Positions 38,946 to 51,316 of a stretch of DNA of 64,000 bases are shown here, one piece after another (the first letter of the stretch is position 1; each line of letters begins with the position of its first letter). The stretch is from Azolla caroliniana (lineage: Eukaryota; Plantae; Polypodiophyta), in assembly GCA_043228905.1 (NCBI GenBank), contig JBHGNT010000012.1, positions 15,190,001 to 15,254,000 on the forward strand, given 5' to 3'. The notes beneath the pieces were generated by a model that did not search any database, was not told the origin of the DNA, and saw only the letters and a list, made by a program, of their open reading frames with translations. The position numbers were made by a program, and so were the translations under genes.

Positions 38946-39405
38946 TGTTACCCTTTCCTTTGGGTGAACACCTTCGATAGATCTGTGGCTATCGGTATTC
39001 AAGGGCATGGTACGTGAAGGTTCGTAACAGAGGTGTCGAGAGAGAGACAGTGCTCAGAGAGAAAACACTAGCGAGGTCTTGATAGGCGTGGGCGGTGCTG
39101 AAATCATAGGTACGAATCAAAGCACAGACACATGGAACAAACTGGGCACAATTCAGATATATTACCGCGACAGAAAAAAAGATTACAGAACACGGCCTAC
39201 GGCCGGTGACCTTACAAGATTATCTAGTTACGAGGGACTCAGCTAGTGCTTCCGCCTATATTTTCCTTCTCTCCCTCCTCTGAGGTACTGGTCCTCGTTT
39301 AAATAACTTTTCCCCTAATACACAACCGAGCCGTCGGTGGCCCGTGATACTCGGACTCGGCGTTTGCTAATTTCCTAATTTTACATTTCTGTCCTCTGGA
39401 CAACA
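38946..39405. mobile_element. Solo LTR of an unrelated family inside the 5' LTR of B
   Basis: TGTTAC...ACAACA; TSD GTGGT/ATGGT; absent from the 3' LTR of B. Confidence 0.8.
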
Positions 39406-40036
39406 ATGGTTTTTCCCAGTTCGGGTTTCCACGGTAAAACCTATGTGTTCTTTGCTTTTTCTATTCTATTCTTCGGTTTTCTATCAGAGCGTTATTTCTT
39501 GCACACGAACATTAGAATGGTAAGCGGTTGTGGCCGATCACAAGCGCTACAAGTGGTATCAGAGCGATGGAAGACTCGTTCGGCGACATGTTTAAGATAA
39601 CCGGCTCCAACTACCCAGTGTGGAAGTCGAAGATGAGAGACATGCTCGTGTGCAAAGATCTCTAGCTGCCGGTGCAGCTCGGAGATAAAAGACCTGACAA
39701 GATCGATGCAACGACTTGGGAAGTGCTGCATCTGAAGGCGGCCACATATATAAGGTGTTTTATAGACATGAGTCTATACAACAACTACGACGAAGAAACA
39801 TAAGCAAATGTCCTATGGAAGAAGATTGGTGTCATGTTCAAAAACAAGAATGTCGTGAACTGAGTCTCAATATTTCAACAAATCGTGAGGCTCCGGTATC
39901 AGGATGGCTCTAGTATGGTGGAGCACATCAATGCCTTCCAAGGACTGATGAATCAAACCACCTCTCTAGAAGTACCTCTGGCTGATGAGGTGTTAGCACT
40001 GTTGTTGCTGGGATTCCTTCCGAACAGTTGGGAAAC

Positions 40037-40094
40037 TGTAAAGAATCAAGAGATGGATTCTTGTGAAGGGGAAGAGATGTGAGTTATGTGTGTG

Positions 40095-40140
<46 letters not shown>

Positions 40141-40436
40141 AAACACAAAGAATACGCAAGGTAAAAGTATATTAACAAAGGAGAAAGACTCAACAATATA
40201 CAAGGTGGGAGGAGGGTGCTTTATGTAGTCACCCTCTCTCTTCATTAACTACAAGCCTCATGGAGCATGGGGATGTGAAAGCGCATAAGTTATGTGTCAT
40301 TGAATATGATTCTAGGACTCATACTAAATGCTAGAATACAAAGTGGTGACATAATGGTGACTCTTGACCGTTGGAGTGTCTCTTCACTCTCAAGGTGAGT
40401 TCACACACTAGACCAAGTTGAGTTTGATTCTCAACA
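40037..40436. mobile_element. Solo LTR (400 bp) in B gag
   Basis: TGTAAAG...TCAACA; TSD GAAAC; (GA)n tract. Confidence 0.88.
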
Positions 40437-43162
40437 GAAACGCTGGTTGTCACATTGGGCAATGCGGGACCGGAAGGGAAACAACTATCCCTAGAGTAGG
40501 TGAAGTTGAGCTTGCTGAATGAAGGACCGAGAGTCCAATTCTGACCAAAAGGCCTTAGTCACGGAAGGTGACACGATTCGGGGAAGAGGCCGAAATCGAA
40601 GTCCCCAAAACCGAGATAAGTCGAGGACCAGGTCGAAGTCAAGAGGGAGGCCCATGTGCTTCTATTGTGGGAAGCCGGGGCACTTCCAAAAGAACTGCCG
40701 ACATTTCCGAAAGGAAAAAGGGGGAGCCGAAGGTGTGCAACCAAAAAGGATTTCGGAAAAGAAGAACACCTCGGTGATCGTGACAAGTGAAGAGGAGTTG
40801 TTGCTCATTAGTGATAAAAATGAAGCAAACCTTTTCAGCGATGAATCGGCATGGGTGGTCGATTCGGGTGCGTCGTTTCATCTAACTCCCGACCGGAAAG
40901 GCTTCTCATCTTATACAGCTGGAGATCTTGGATCTGTAAAGATGGGAAATGAAGGAGCATGCTGAATCATCAACATTGGAAACGTGTGCTTGGTGATGTC
41001 AATTGGCTGCATACTTGTGTTGAGAGATGTTCGACACGTTCCGGAGGTTCGATTGAACCTAATATTAGCCGGTCGGCTGGATGATGAAGGCTACATGGGT
41101 AGCATTTGGAATGGTGTCATGAAGTTCTGCAACGGGAGCCTAATCGTGGCTCGGACATGGAAAACCAACACACTCTATGTGATGCATCCTTGATTATACC
41201 AAGGGGAAGCAAATGTGGCAACCGACACTATCGGAGAACTGTGGCACAAGAGGTTGTGCCATATGAGCCAGAAGGGGATGCAGAAGCTTGCCGAGGACAA
41301 CCTCATTCCGGAGGCGAAAGATGTGCATCTTGAGAAGTGCACCGATTGCTTGGCCGACAAGCAAAATCGAACTTCTTTTCGGAAAGACCATCGTCAAGAC
41401 GGAATGTACCGCGAGAACTTGTGCATACTGATGTATGCCGACACGAACTCACCTACTGGATCGTAGTACTTCGTGACGTTCATAAACGACCATAGTCGGA
41501 AACTGTGGGTCTCACCGCTGAAGACGAAGGATCAGGTATTGTTTGTCTTCAGGGACTTCCATGCTAGAGTGGAAAGGGAAACCGGTGGGAAACTGAAGGT
41601 GGTTTGAGTGAACAATGGAGGAGAATACTAGGGGTAGTTCGAGGAGTACTACCGGTCGAAGGGAATCTGGCTTGAATTTACTGTGTCGAAGATGTCGGAA
41701 CTGAGCGGGCTAGCTGAACGGATTAACCGGACCATAATGGAGAGAGTCCGAAGCATGATAGCACATGCAAAGTTGTCCAAGAAATTCTGGGCTGAGGCGT
41801 TAACAGATCACCCTCAACACCCTTGGAAGGAGACACACCACAGAGAGTATGGACCGGTAAAGATGTGTCTTACCGGCATCTGAAGGTATTCAGTTGTCTC
41901 GCTTATGTGCATGTTGCAAAAGACAAGAGAGGAAAGTTAGATCCAAAGTCTAGGCCATGCATATTCCTTGGATATGGCGACGATGAGTTCGGCTACCGAG
42001 TATGGGACTTGGTTGACAAGAAGGTCTTCCGGAGTCGAGACATAGTCTTCATTGAAGACAAGACTTTTGATGACTGGGAGTCGGAGAGGAAGATAGTGCA
42101 CTCCGGGTCGATTGACAAAGATCAGTCAGAAGATGCAAGAATACATATGGTCGGAAACCGTATGTCAGCCGAAGATCATGATGAACCGGCTGGACTCGGA
42201 CAAAGGAACCAGACCGACCGAAGACGAAGCTGACACTGAAACTGGTCAAGACCTCAAATCGGATTCGGATGAAGAACAAATGGAGGAACCGGTAGTTGAA
42301 GACCAAGGACGGAGATACCCTCTCAGAGAGAGAAGAGCCCCCCTGGAGATTTCCGGATGTAGAGCACATATTGCTGACCAATGAGGGGGAGCCGGAAAGT
42401 CTCGAAGAAGCAAAGAAAGACACCCACAACTGCAAGTGGTTGAGTGCCATGCAGGATGAGATGGATTCCGTGCATGAGAATCATACATATGAGCTGACAG
42501 AGTTGCCGAAAGGAAAGAGGGCACTCCGGAACAAGTGGGTGTACAAGTTGAAACTAGGGGACTCCGGAAATCCATAAAGGTATAAGGCCCGCATTGTGGT
42601 GAAGGGTTTCCAATAGAAGAAAGGAGTGGATTTCAATGAGATCTTTGCCCCGATAGTGAATATGACATCCATCCGAATGGTGTTGAGCATAGCGGCAAGC
42701 ATGGACCTCGAGGAAGAGCAACTAGACGTCAAGACAACGTTCCTACATGGCGACCTTGAAGAAGAGATCTACATGCAACAACAGGAAGGATTTGTTAGAA
42801 AAGGGAAGGAGCACCTGGTATGCCGACTGAAGAAGAGGTTATACGGAATGAAGCAAGCCCCTCAACAATGGTATTAGAAGTTCAACTCCATGACCGAAAA
42901 TGGGTACCAAAGAACGCAGGCCGATCACTACGTGTTTGTGAGGAAGTTTGATGGAGGAGATTTTCTCATGCTCCTACTGTATGTGGACAACATGCTGATT
43001 GTTGGATGAGACCATATGAAGATCCGAGTGCTGAAGAAGGCCTTGAGTAGGTCGTTCTCGATGAAGGATATGGGTTCGACAAAAAGCAAATTCTGGGCCG
43101 AGATCGAGCAAAGAAATTATTGTGGCTTTCACACGAAAAGTATGTGAAAAAGGTTCTCTCGA

Positions 43163-44267
43163 TGTCATGTGAATCTTCTCACACTATGTAAAAAAATAAA
43201 CAATAAAATAAGTACTTTATATTAGCTTAATGGCATGTTATAGAAAGATGGATGTTTGAGAAGATAGGGAAAAAAGAACTATGATTTATCCCACATAGAT
43301 AGGAAACTTAAGGCCCTGGCTATATAAGCACTTTGAGACCCCTCATTTTCATTTGTGCTAAAAGCACTTTGGCCAATTTGTCTTGATGGATGATGGTGGC
43401 CAAGTTCCAAAAAACCGGAAACCGGTCGGTAAACAAAATCGAAACTGGCCGGTAAGCAAATCCGGAAATCGGTCGGTAAGCAAACCGCAACCGGCGGCAA
43501 TCGGCAACCGGATGGAATCGGCGATCGAATGAGGTTGGACGCAAACCGAATGGATGACAAGATCATGTGGTTAATTAAAGTAAAGTAAAGGGAACTAAAG
43601 TAAAGGCCATGTGAACGCATGCAAAAAGTTAGAAGGCATGCAAAGAAAAGGTGGAAAGATCATGCAACTAAAGTAAAGGTCATGTGGACGGTCGCATGTA
43701 ACCAAAAGAAAAAGTCATGCAACTAAAAATGGATGCAACTAAAAGTGGACATACAAAGTAACATGGAAGGCTATGATCAACGGAGAATTCCATATATATT
43801 CCATTTTTCCCCCTATACTCATATCCTCTCTCCATATTTTTATTTTCTTTTCCTTCTTAGCTCTCTTATCTTATCGAAGCCATATCTCTCATAAACCCTA
43901 ATTTCCTTACGAAAACCAGAAACCCTAATTTTCTCTACGGAAGCCAAAAACCCTAATTTTCCATACGGAAGCTATTGAACTCATAAACCACAATCTCTTA
44001 TCAAAGCCAAAAACCCTAAATTTCTATTGAATCCATATCTTAGTTTCTTCTAATCTATTATTCTAGTAATCTCCTTAAGATAAAACTTTTGTAATCCCAA
44101 TCTTGGGATTGATTGTAATTTTTCTTTTCTATTTATTAATGAAATTTGTCAATCTTTCTCATTTTCCATTAATTGTTTAATATAAACATACGAAATTGAT
44201 ATCTTCTGGTCAGAGACCTCGGGGTGCTGCCTCCAAGTTCACTTATCCTCGTCGTATTTTCACGACA
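43163..44267 (+). mobile_element. 1.1-kb LTR-like insertion in B RT, no TSD
   Basis: TGTCATGTGAA...TTCACGACA; TATA-like 43792; flanks CTCGA / CCAGT. Confidence 0.65.
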
Positions 44268-47200
44268 CCAGTCAGCTCAACATTGCCGATGAACTGCAAG
44301 TTGAGTAAAGACCAATGTCCGAAATCGAGAATAGAAAAGGCTGAGATGGAAAAGGTTCCTTATGCCTCGACGGTTGGAAGCCTGATGTATGCAATGGTTT
44401 GTACCAGACCAGACATAGGATACACAATCGGAGTGGTCAACCGATATATGAGCAATCCTGGTAGAGAGCATTGGCCTGTGTCAAAACGAAGGTGCGGAAG
44501 CGTCAGACAAACGGGCTCTGCCGGATAGCAACAGAGAGAGAGAGAGAGAGAAAGAAACACAGAGTGTATGCAAGAGAGACAGAGAATGAGCAGAACAACA
44601 AAAATCTATTACCAAACAATAATAGTTCTCTCTCCTTCTCTACAACATGCTTCAACAACACTATTTATACAAGTCCTAAGAGGACTGTCAGAAGTATGGT
44701 GTACTTCAATGCTCACACGAGCGTTTGTCACTAACTACGAGTCATTAACTACCTAGTAGTCTAGGCTGCTACTAGGTTTTCGGTTACTGTTGGATCCGGC
44801 TAACCGGCTCCCCAGCTCACCGGCTCACTTGCTCACCGGCTCACCGGCTCACCGATCCGGCCCATCCTTCCGAATGCCAATCCGGCTCAGGATTATTTAG
44901 TCGATGTGGATCCGGTTGATCTTGCCGCTCAACACCCCCCCTCAAGCTCAACTTGAGGTCAGATTGTAGTGTTAGTCTCCATGGCAGCCGGTCCTTCCAC
45001 CCGGCTTGTTCTGGCGTCACTCCGCCTCGCTCGCGCTCCTCGTCTGGTCCGGTCCTGTTTGCCGCGACCCTTTTGATTTTCCGCACCTCGACCTCCTCGG
45101 TCGGCTTGTCTGCTCAACAGGCCCAATTCAGCTCCCTCGTTGTTGTGACTTTGGCACTTGCCGATTCGTGGATTCCTTTGTGTTGGCGTCGACTTTCGCT
45201 GCCTTCTCGTCCCCTTGGCCTTGAATTGATCTGGTACTTCTGAATCCGTCTATTGAACCGAATCGGCTATCTTCGATTCGTTCCAGCTCTTGTCCGAATC
45301 GGTCACACCCGATTCATCTTCCGGTTCCAGGCCCTTCACCTCAACGAATCATGTCCCTTTGTCGGTTCTTCCCTCACTGGCGCAATTGGTAGTTTCTTTG
45401 CCTTTGCCCGTTCTCCCCCTCAAGTGTGGCACATCAAGATGTTGAACACCAAGCATTTCGGTGAAGTGTTGCAACTTGTCCGATACGAGTGGTTTGGTGA
45501 AGATGTCGACAACTTGCCGATTTGTATGAAACATACCGAAGTTCGACTTCCCCGCTGAGGACACGCTCACGCACGAAGTGGTAGTGCACTTCTATGTGCT
45601 TCGTGCGAGCATGGAATACAGGGTTCTTGGCTAGCTGCATGCTGCTTATGTTGTCATAGTAGATTAGGATCGGGGTCGACACCTCAATCTGCAGGTCTTG
45701 CAGCAGTCGCCGAAGCCAAATGGCTTCACAAGTAGCAACGGTAGCGCCCTAGTATTCAGCCTCAGTGCTCGAAAGGGCCACTGTTGGCTGCTTTTTGCTG
45801 CTCCTTGCAATAGCCACGCTACCAAGGGAAAATGTATAGCCGGAGGTGGATCGGCGATCCGATGCATCGCCAACCCAGTCGGCATCGGTGTAGCCGACAA
45901 GCTCTTCGGTTATACCATGCTAGTATAATAGTCCCCGGTCCTTTGTGCCGCTCACATATCACAAAATTCGATGTGCGCACAGAAGGTGCTCCACGGTCGG
46001 CTTCTGTATATATTGGCAGATCACTCCAACCGGATAACTGATGTCGGGTCGGGCGATTGTCAAATATATAACGCTTCCGACGATTTGTCGGAACCGCTTC
46101 TCATCGCAGGCCGGTCCGGAGTTGGGACAGAGCTTCTGGTTCTGGTCCAGGGGTGTGGAGATTGGTCGACATTCCGTCATGCCAAACTTGTACAACATAT
46201 TCAACACATAGTGTCTTTGTGAGAGCAATATGCTGTCAAGGGTTTGGATCACCTCGATCCCAAGGAAATAGTGAAGGTCCCCTAAGTCTTTCATCTCAAA
46301 TGCTTCCGACAGTTGGGACTTGACTCCACTGATTTCGTCGAGTCTGGGTCCGGTGATGACTAGATCATCAACATACAGCAAGATGCAAACTGGACCGTCT
46401 GAACCTTGCCGGATGAACAACGAAGAGTCGGACTTGGAGGCCGCAAACCCCATCTTACGCAACGGGTGCATGATCTTCGCATTCCAAGCTCGGGGGGCTT
46501 GCTTCAGGCCATAAAGTGACTTCTTCATCCGGCATACCGCCGACTTGTTCATCTCCAATTGGAAACCGGGGGGTTGGGTCACGTCCATCTGGTGAAGATG
46601 CCACCCCCTTGCCGCAGCAACCGCCAGCACCACACGAACCGTCGTCATCTTCGCTACCAGAGCGAAGGTCTCGTCGTAGTCGATTCCATGGGTCTGCACG
46701 TATCCCTTCGCCACTAACCGGGCCTTGTACCGGTTAACCGAACTGTCGGCATTGTACTTTACCTTGTACACCCACTTACATCCGATCAGTTTATAGTGTC
46801 GGGGAGGGTCAACTAGGTCCCATGTGTCGTTGGCATCAATTGCCCGCATTTCTTCCTCTATAGCGGCACGCCAATTTGCATCCTTAGCCGCTTCTGCGTA
46901 GCTCTCCGGCTCATGCACTTCCGCCACCCTGGTCATGTACACATAGTGATGCGCCATGTACTCATTGTACCCATACCGCTTCACGAGGTTTTTCTGGCGG
47001 GAAGACCGACGTAACTTATCGTTACCCGGTTTGAGGCCCTTTTTGGCCGGTTCAGTCTTCGTTACCGAAGATCCACCTTCTTCTTTTTCGGAGTTGGATT
47101 TGCTCCGATCCGACTCAACGTTGTCGGTTTTGTATTCTAGCATCTTCTTCTTCCCCTTCTCTTTTCGCATGAACCGTCTCCTCGGTTCGTTGCGCAGGGA

Positions 47201-49028
47201 GAGCACGGTAGAGTCTCCACTACTCGCCAGTTCCTCATCTGACTGGTCATCCAGACTCAGCCCCTCATTCGGTCCACTCAACCGAAACGATTCCAGACTC
47301 ATATCTAGAGTCTTGAACCCTTTGTCTTCTGACTGGAGCGGTTCAGGCTCACTCGCCTCATCCTCCGATATCGGGTTGGGGTTGGAAGTTGGAGCCGGTA
47401 AGGCATACCATGAGGCCGTCTCATCAAACTCAACATCCCGGCTGACTCGGACCTGCTTCGTCCAGGGGTTATAACACTTATACCCCTTTTGCTCATGCGA
47501 GTAACTGATCAAGATGCATTTCTCCGACTTTGCATCCAACTTCCTCCGCTTCTCATCCAACACATGCACATATGCAATGCTACCGAATATCCGAAGGTGT
47601 CGCAAATTCGGCTTGCGCCCGAAATATAGCTCATGCGTGGACACCTTGTCACCGATTTGGTTTTGGATGTAGACGGCCGTTCGGACTGCCTCAACCCAGT
47701 AGAAATGGGGCATGCTCTTCTCCTCCAGCATTTCCCTTGCCGCATCGACAATCAACCGGTTCTTCCTTTCCGCCACACCGTTTTGCTCCGGTGTGTACCT
47801 GCAACTAAATTCTCTCCGAATTCCGTTCTGTTGCAGATAACTGTTGAATTGGCTGGAAAAGTATTCTTTCCCGCCATCCGACCGCAGGCACTTGATCTTC
47901 CTCACTGTTTCCCATTCAACCAGTCTTTGCAGGTTCCGGAAACACTCGAAAACTTCGCTCTTATGCTCAATGAGGTAGATCCATGTGTGCCGGCTGTAGT
48001 CGTCAATGAAGGAGACGTAATATCGACTCCCGCCAAGACTAACGTTCTGTGCTGGTCCCCAAACATCCGAATGAATAAGGTCGAGCTTGTTACGGCTACG
48101 GTTTCGTTCGGTAGGGAATGGAAGTCGGTGTTGCTTCCCGAGTTGGCATGCTTCACATATTTGGACCTTCCGGCCACTGAACTTCGGCAAACCGAAAACA
48201 ACTTGTTTCGTTTGCAGATCTTGAAGCCTCCGGTAATTGACGTGGCCAATCTGCTTTTGCCAGAGATCAATATTTGATTCAATCTTCTGTCCTTTGGCGA
48301 ACAAAGCGGTGCCGACGTCATTGGTGTCGAGGATGAACATCGTCCCATCTCTGCGCCCTTGCGCAATAATCTGGCCCTCTTCCTCGATGAAGCACCCAAG
48401 GTGTGTAAACCGCACATGCATCCCCTGGTCAACGATCTGTCTGACCGACACCAGGTTCTTTGTGATGGTCGGAACGTGTAACGCGTTCATCAACTTCCCC
48501 CTCTGTCTGACGTGGCTCAAAGGGACTTCTCCAACATGCACGATTGGTGTCAAGGCCGTAGCCAAAGACAAGTTTAACATGAAGAAAAGAATGAGAAATA
48601 GAAAATAAGAGAGGAATGAGAGAGAAATAAGATATTGAAAATGTATTAGCAATGAGAACAAGGGTTACAAGAGTACGCCGAAGACTGGCGTTGAACCGGA
48701 ATGGTTCATCAATAGTTCACTATATGTTTATATAGCATGCTTTGGATACATGCATGCTCGCCACCTCATAGGCACGCATGCTCGCCATTTGTCATTCATG
48801 CAAGCATGCCACTTGGCATTCATGCAAGCATGACACTTGGTAATCATGCGTTAGCCTATGCGGTGGCAACGTTTCACACTATTAGATATATTTCTTCATG
48901 ATCTAATATAAGAATTTACAATTCAATAAATGTAATATGATGTATCCTAGTGGTTGAAGCTACATATTATCTTTGACGAGGCCATGGGTTCGAATCTTTA
49001 TTACAAGTCTTGGAGTTTTGGTATATGT

Positions 49029-50405
49029 TCATGACATTATCCCCTTCCTTTGATGACGAGTTCCACGAGTCGCAATGCATGAACTAGGAGTTGGCTTATT
49101 TGGATATCGTTGATGAAATTCAGCTACCAGTTCTTTGGTATTATTGAGATTTTCAGCTGGCTCCCACGTTCGATCCGCAGGTGTATAACCCAACCAATCA
49201 ACAAAGTAATACAATTTGTTCTTCACAACTTTGGAGTCCAAAATGGATTTTACTTCATAGTCAGGGCCTTCATCAAGCTCAATAGAAGGTGGAGGGGGAA
49301 CAACGCGATCTGGAATAGAGTTTGAAGTATAAGGTTCCAAGAGTGAGACATGGAACACTGGGTGAAGACGCATATGAGGAGGGAGATCGAGTTGAAAAGC
49401 AACTCCATTGATCTGTTTAGTGATTAAATATGGACCAAGGCGTTGATAATCTAGCTTGTTACAGGGCCTAGTGGTCTTCACATTACGTCGTAAGAGCCAT
49501 ACACGGTCTCCAACTTGAAATTTGGGTTTTTCCGGTGATGAGTTGAGTCGATGGCGATCTGCAAATTTCTTATGGGTGGCTTGAGCGTGATGTAAATGAT
49601 GAGAAAGAGCAATATGAATTTCTCGGATATGACTTAGACGATCCTCCGCAGCGGGGTTTTTCGAGATTCTTGGGTGGTCAAGAATTGTCCAACGGGGATG
49701 AACACCCGTGTTGGCAAAGAAGGGAGTAATTTTGGTAGAAGAATGAACTGAATTGTTGTAAGAAAACTCCGCAAAATGTAAATAATCTACCCAATCATCT
49801 TGTTGATAATTGATGAAGCAACGAAGGTATTGTTCCACGGTTTGATTGGTACGCTCGGTTTGACAATCAGTCTCTGGGTGATAGCTTGACGAGAGTTTAC
49901 AATCAATTTGGAGGAGCCCAAACAAGTGTTTCCAAAATGTTGAGATAAATTGTGGTCCTCGATCACTAATGATGTCATCAGGAAGACCATGATGCCGAAA
50001 CACTTCACGCATAACCAAATCTGCTGTCTCTTGACTATTAATAGTCTTTGTGCATGGTAGAAAATGTGCCATCTTTGTGAACCGATCTACAACAGTCAGG
50101 ATGGAATCAAAACCTTTGGAAGATGGAATATCAGTAATGAAATCCATAGATAGAGACTTCCAAGGACCATCAGGAACTGGTAAGGGTTGGAGTAAACCAT
50201 ATGGTCGATGTCGAGGACACTTGGACCGACAACATGCATCACAACTACGAATGTAGTTTTCAACATAATTACGAAGATGCGGCCACCAATAATTTCTAGA
50301 AACTAATTCCAATGTTTTGTGAACTCCAAAATGTCCAGCCATTGGCATGTCGTGGCAATGTTGTAAAATAAGGAGTCGAGAGCGGCCATCAGGGACATAA
50401 AGCAA
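49029..50405 (-). CDS. T2 integrase plus chromodomain
   Basis: HHCC, SDRGPQF, GPY, DYEVKSILDSK..YFVDWLGY..TWEP. Confidence 0.9.
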   Translation of the reverse strand: MLYVPDGRSRLLILQHCHDMPMAGHFGVHKTLELVSRNYWWPHLRNYVENYIRSCDACCRSKCPRHRPYGLLQPLPVPDGPWKSLSMDFITDIPSSKGFDSILTVVDRFTKMAHFLPCTKTINSQETADLVMREVFRHHGLPDDIISDRGPQFISTFWKHLFGLLQIDCKLSSSYHPETDCQTERTNQTVEQYLRCFINYQQDDWVDYLHFAEFSYNNSVHSSTKITPFFANTGVHPRWTILDHPRISKNPAAEDRLSHIREIHIALSHHLHHAQATHKKFADRHRLNSSPEKPKFQVGDRVWLLRRNVKTTRPCNKLDYQRLGPYLITKQINGVAFQLDLPPHMRLHPVFHVSLLEPYTSNSIPDRVVPPPPSIELDEGPDYEVKSILDSKVVKNKLYYFVDWLGYTPADRTWEPAENLNNTKELVAEFHQRYPNKPTPSSCIATRGTRHQRKGIMS

Positions 50406-51316
50406 ATTATTTCAAAAAAGTAAATTATCATGCCAACTGAACTGATTATAATCTTTACGAGAATTCATCGACCTTGAACAAGAAGCATGATTTGGAATAA
50501 TATGATTCAAGACATCTTGGGCAAATTCATCTGCTTCAAGATCAGTACGAATCGTACTTATAAGTATCGAGTCCGTAGGTGTCTTAAAAGCATTAGTGAC
50601 CATCACTTGTAAACGATCAGGACCAAGGAGGATCTGCTTTTGATGATCAAAAGTAGGTTCCCCTAAACAGGGTGCCATGTATGAACGCCGAGATAGCGCA
50701 TCTGCCTTTCCTTGGTGTATTGCGGGGCGATACACAATCAAGAAATCAAAGCGTGTAAGAAATTGTGCCCAACGTGCCTGTCGACGATTTAAGACTCGAG
50801 CATTTTGGAAATATGTTATGTTCTTGTGATCATTATACACAATGATTTGATGGGGAGAACCTTCCAAGAAGTGGCGCCAATGCTCAAAAGAGTCGACAAT
50901 AGCCAAAAGGTCCTTGTCGTGAATCTCATAATTAATTTCTGTGGCTTCAAATTTTCGCGAATGAAAAGCAACTGGATATAAGAGCCCATTTTCTTTGGGT
51001 TGTGACAGGACACTCCCGAGTGCAAAATCTGATGCATCAGCTTCCAAAATAAAAGGCTTGTCTTGGTCAAGATGGATCAAAATAGGAGCTGATGTGAACG
51101 CATGTTTTAGGCTTTCGAATGCCTCAGCAACACTAGAATTCCATATGAATGGTTGGTTTTTATGTGTTAATTGTGTAAGAGGCAACACCTTCTTTGAGTA
51201 GTTCCTGATGAATTTGCGATAAAAATTTGCAAATCCCAAGAAACACTGGACATCATGCACAGATTGTGGTGTTTCCCACTCTAGAATTGTTTGCACCTTT
51301 GCTTGATCCATAGATA

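Noticed and set aside
43890-44020. Interstitial telomere
   Set aside because: Isolated AAACCCTAA motifs, not a tandem array
45959-48661. 900-aa ORF with a hydrophobic signal-like N-terminus
   Set aside because: The first roughly 38 residues are read from the T2 LTR across the insertion junction; the rest is copia C pol
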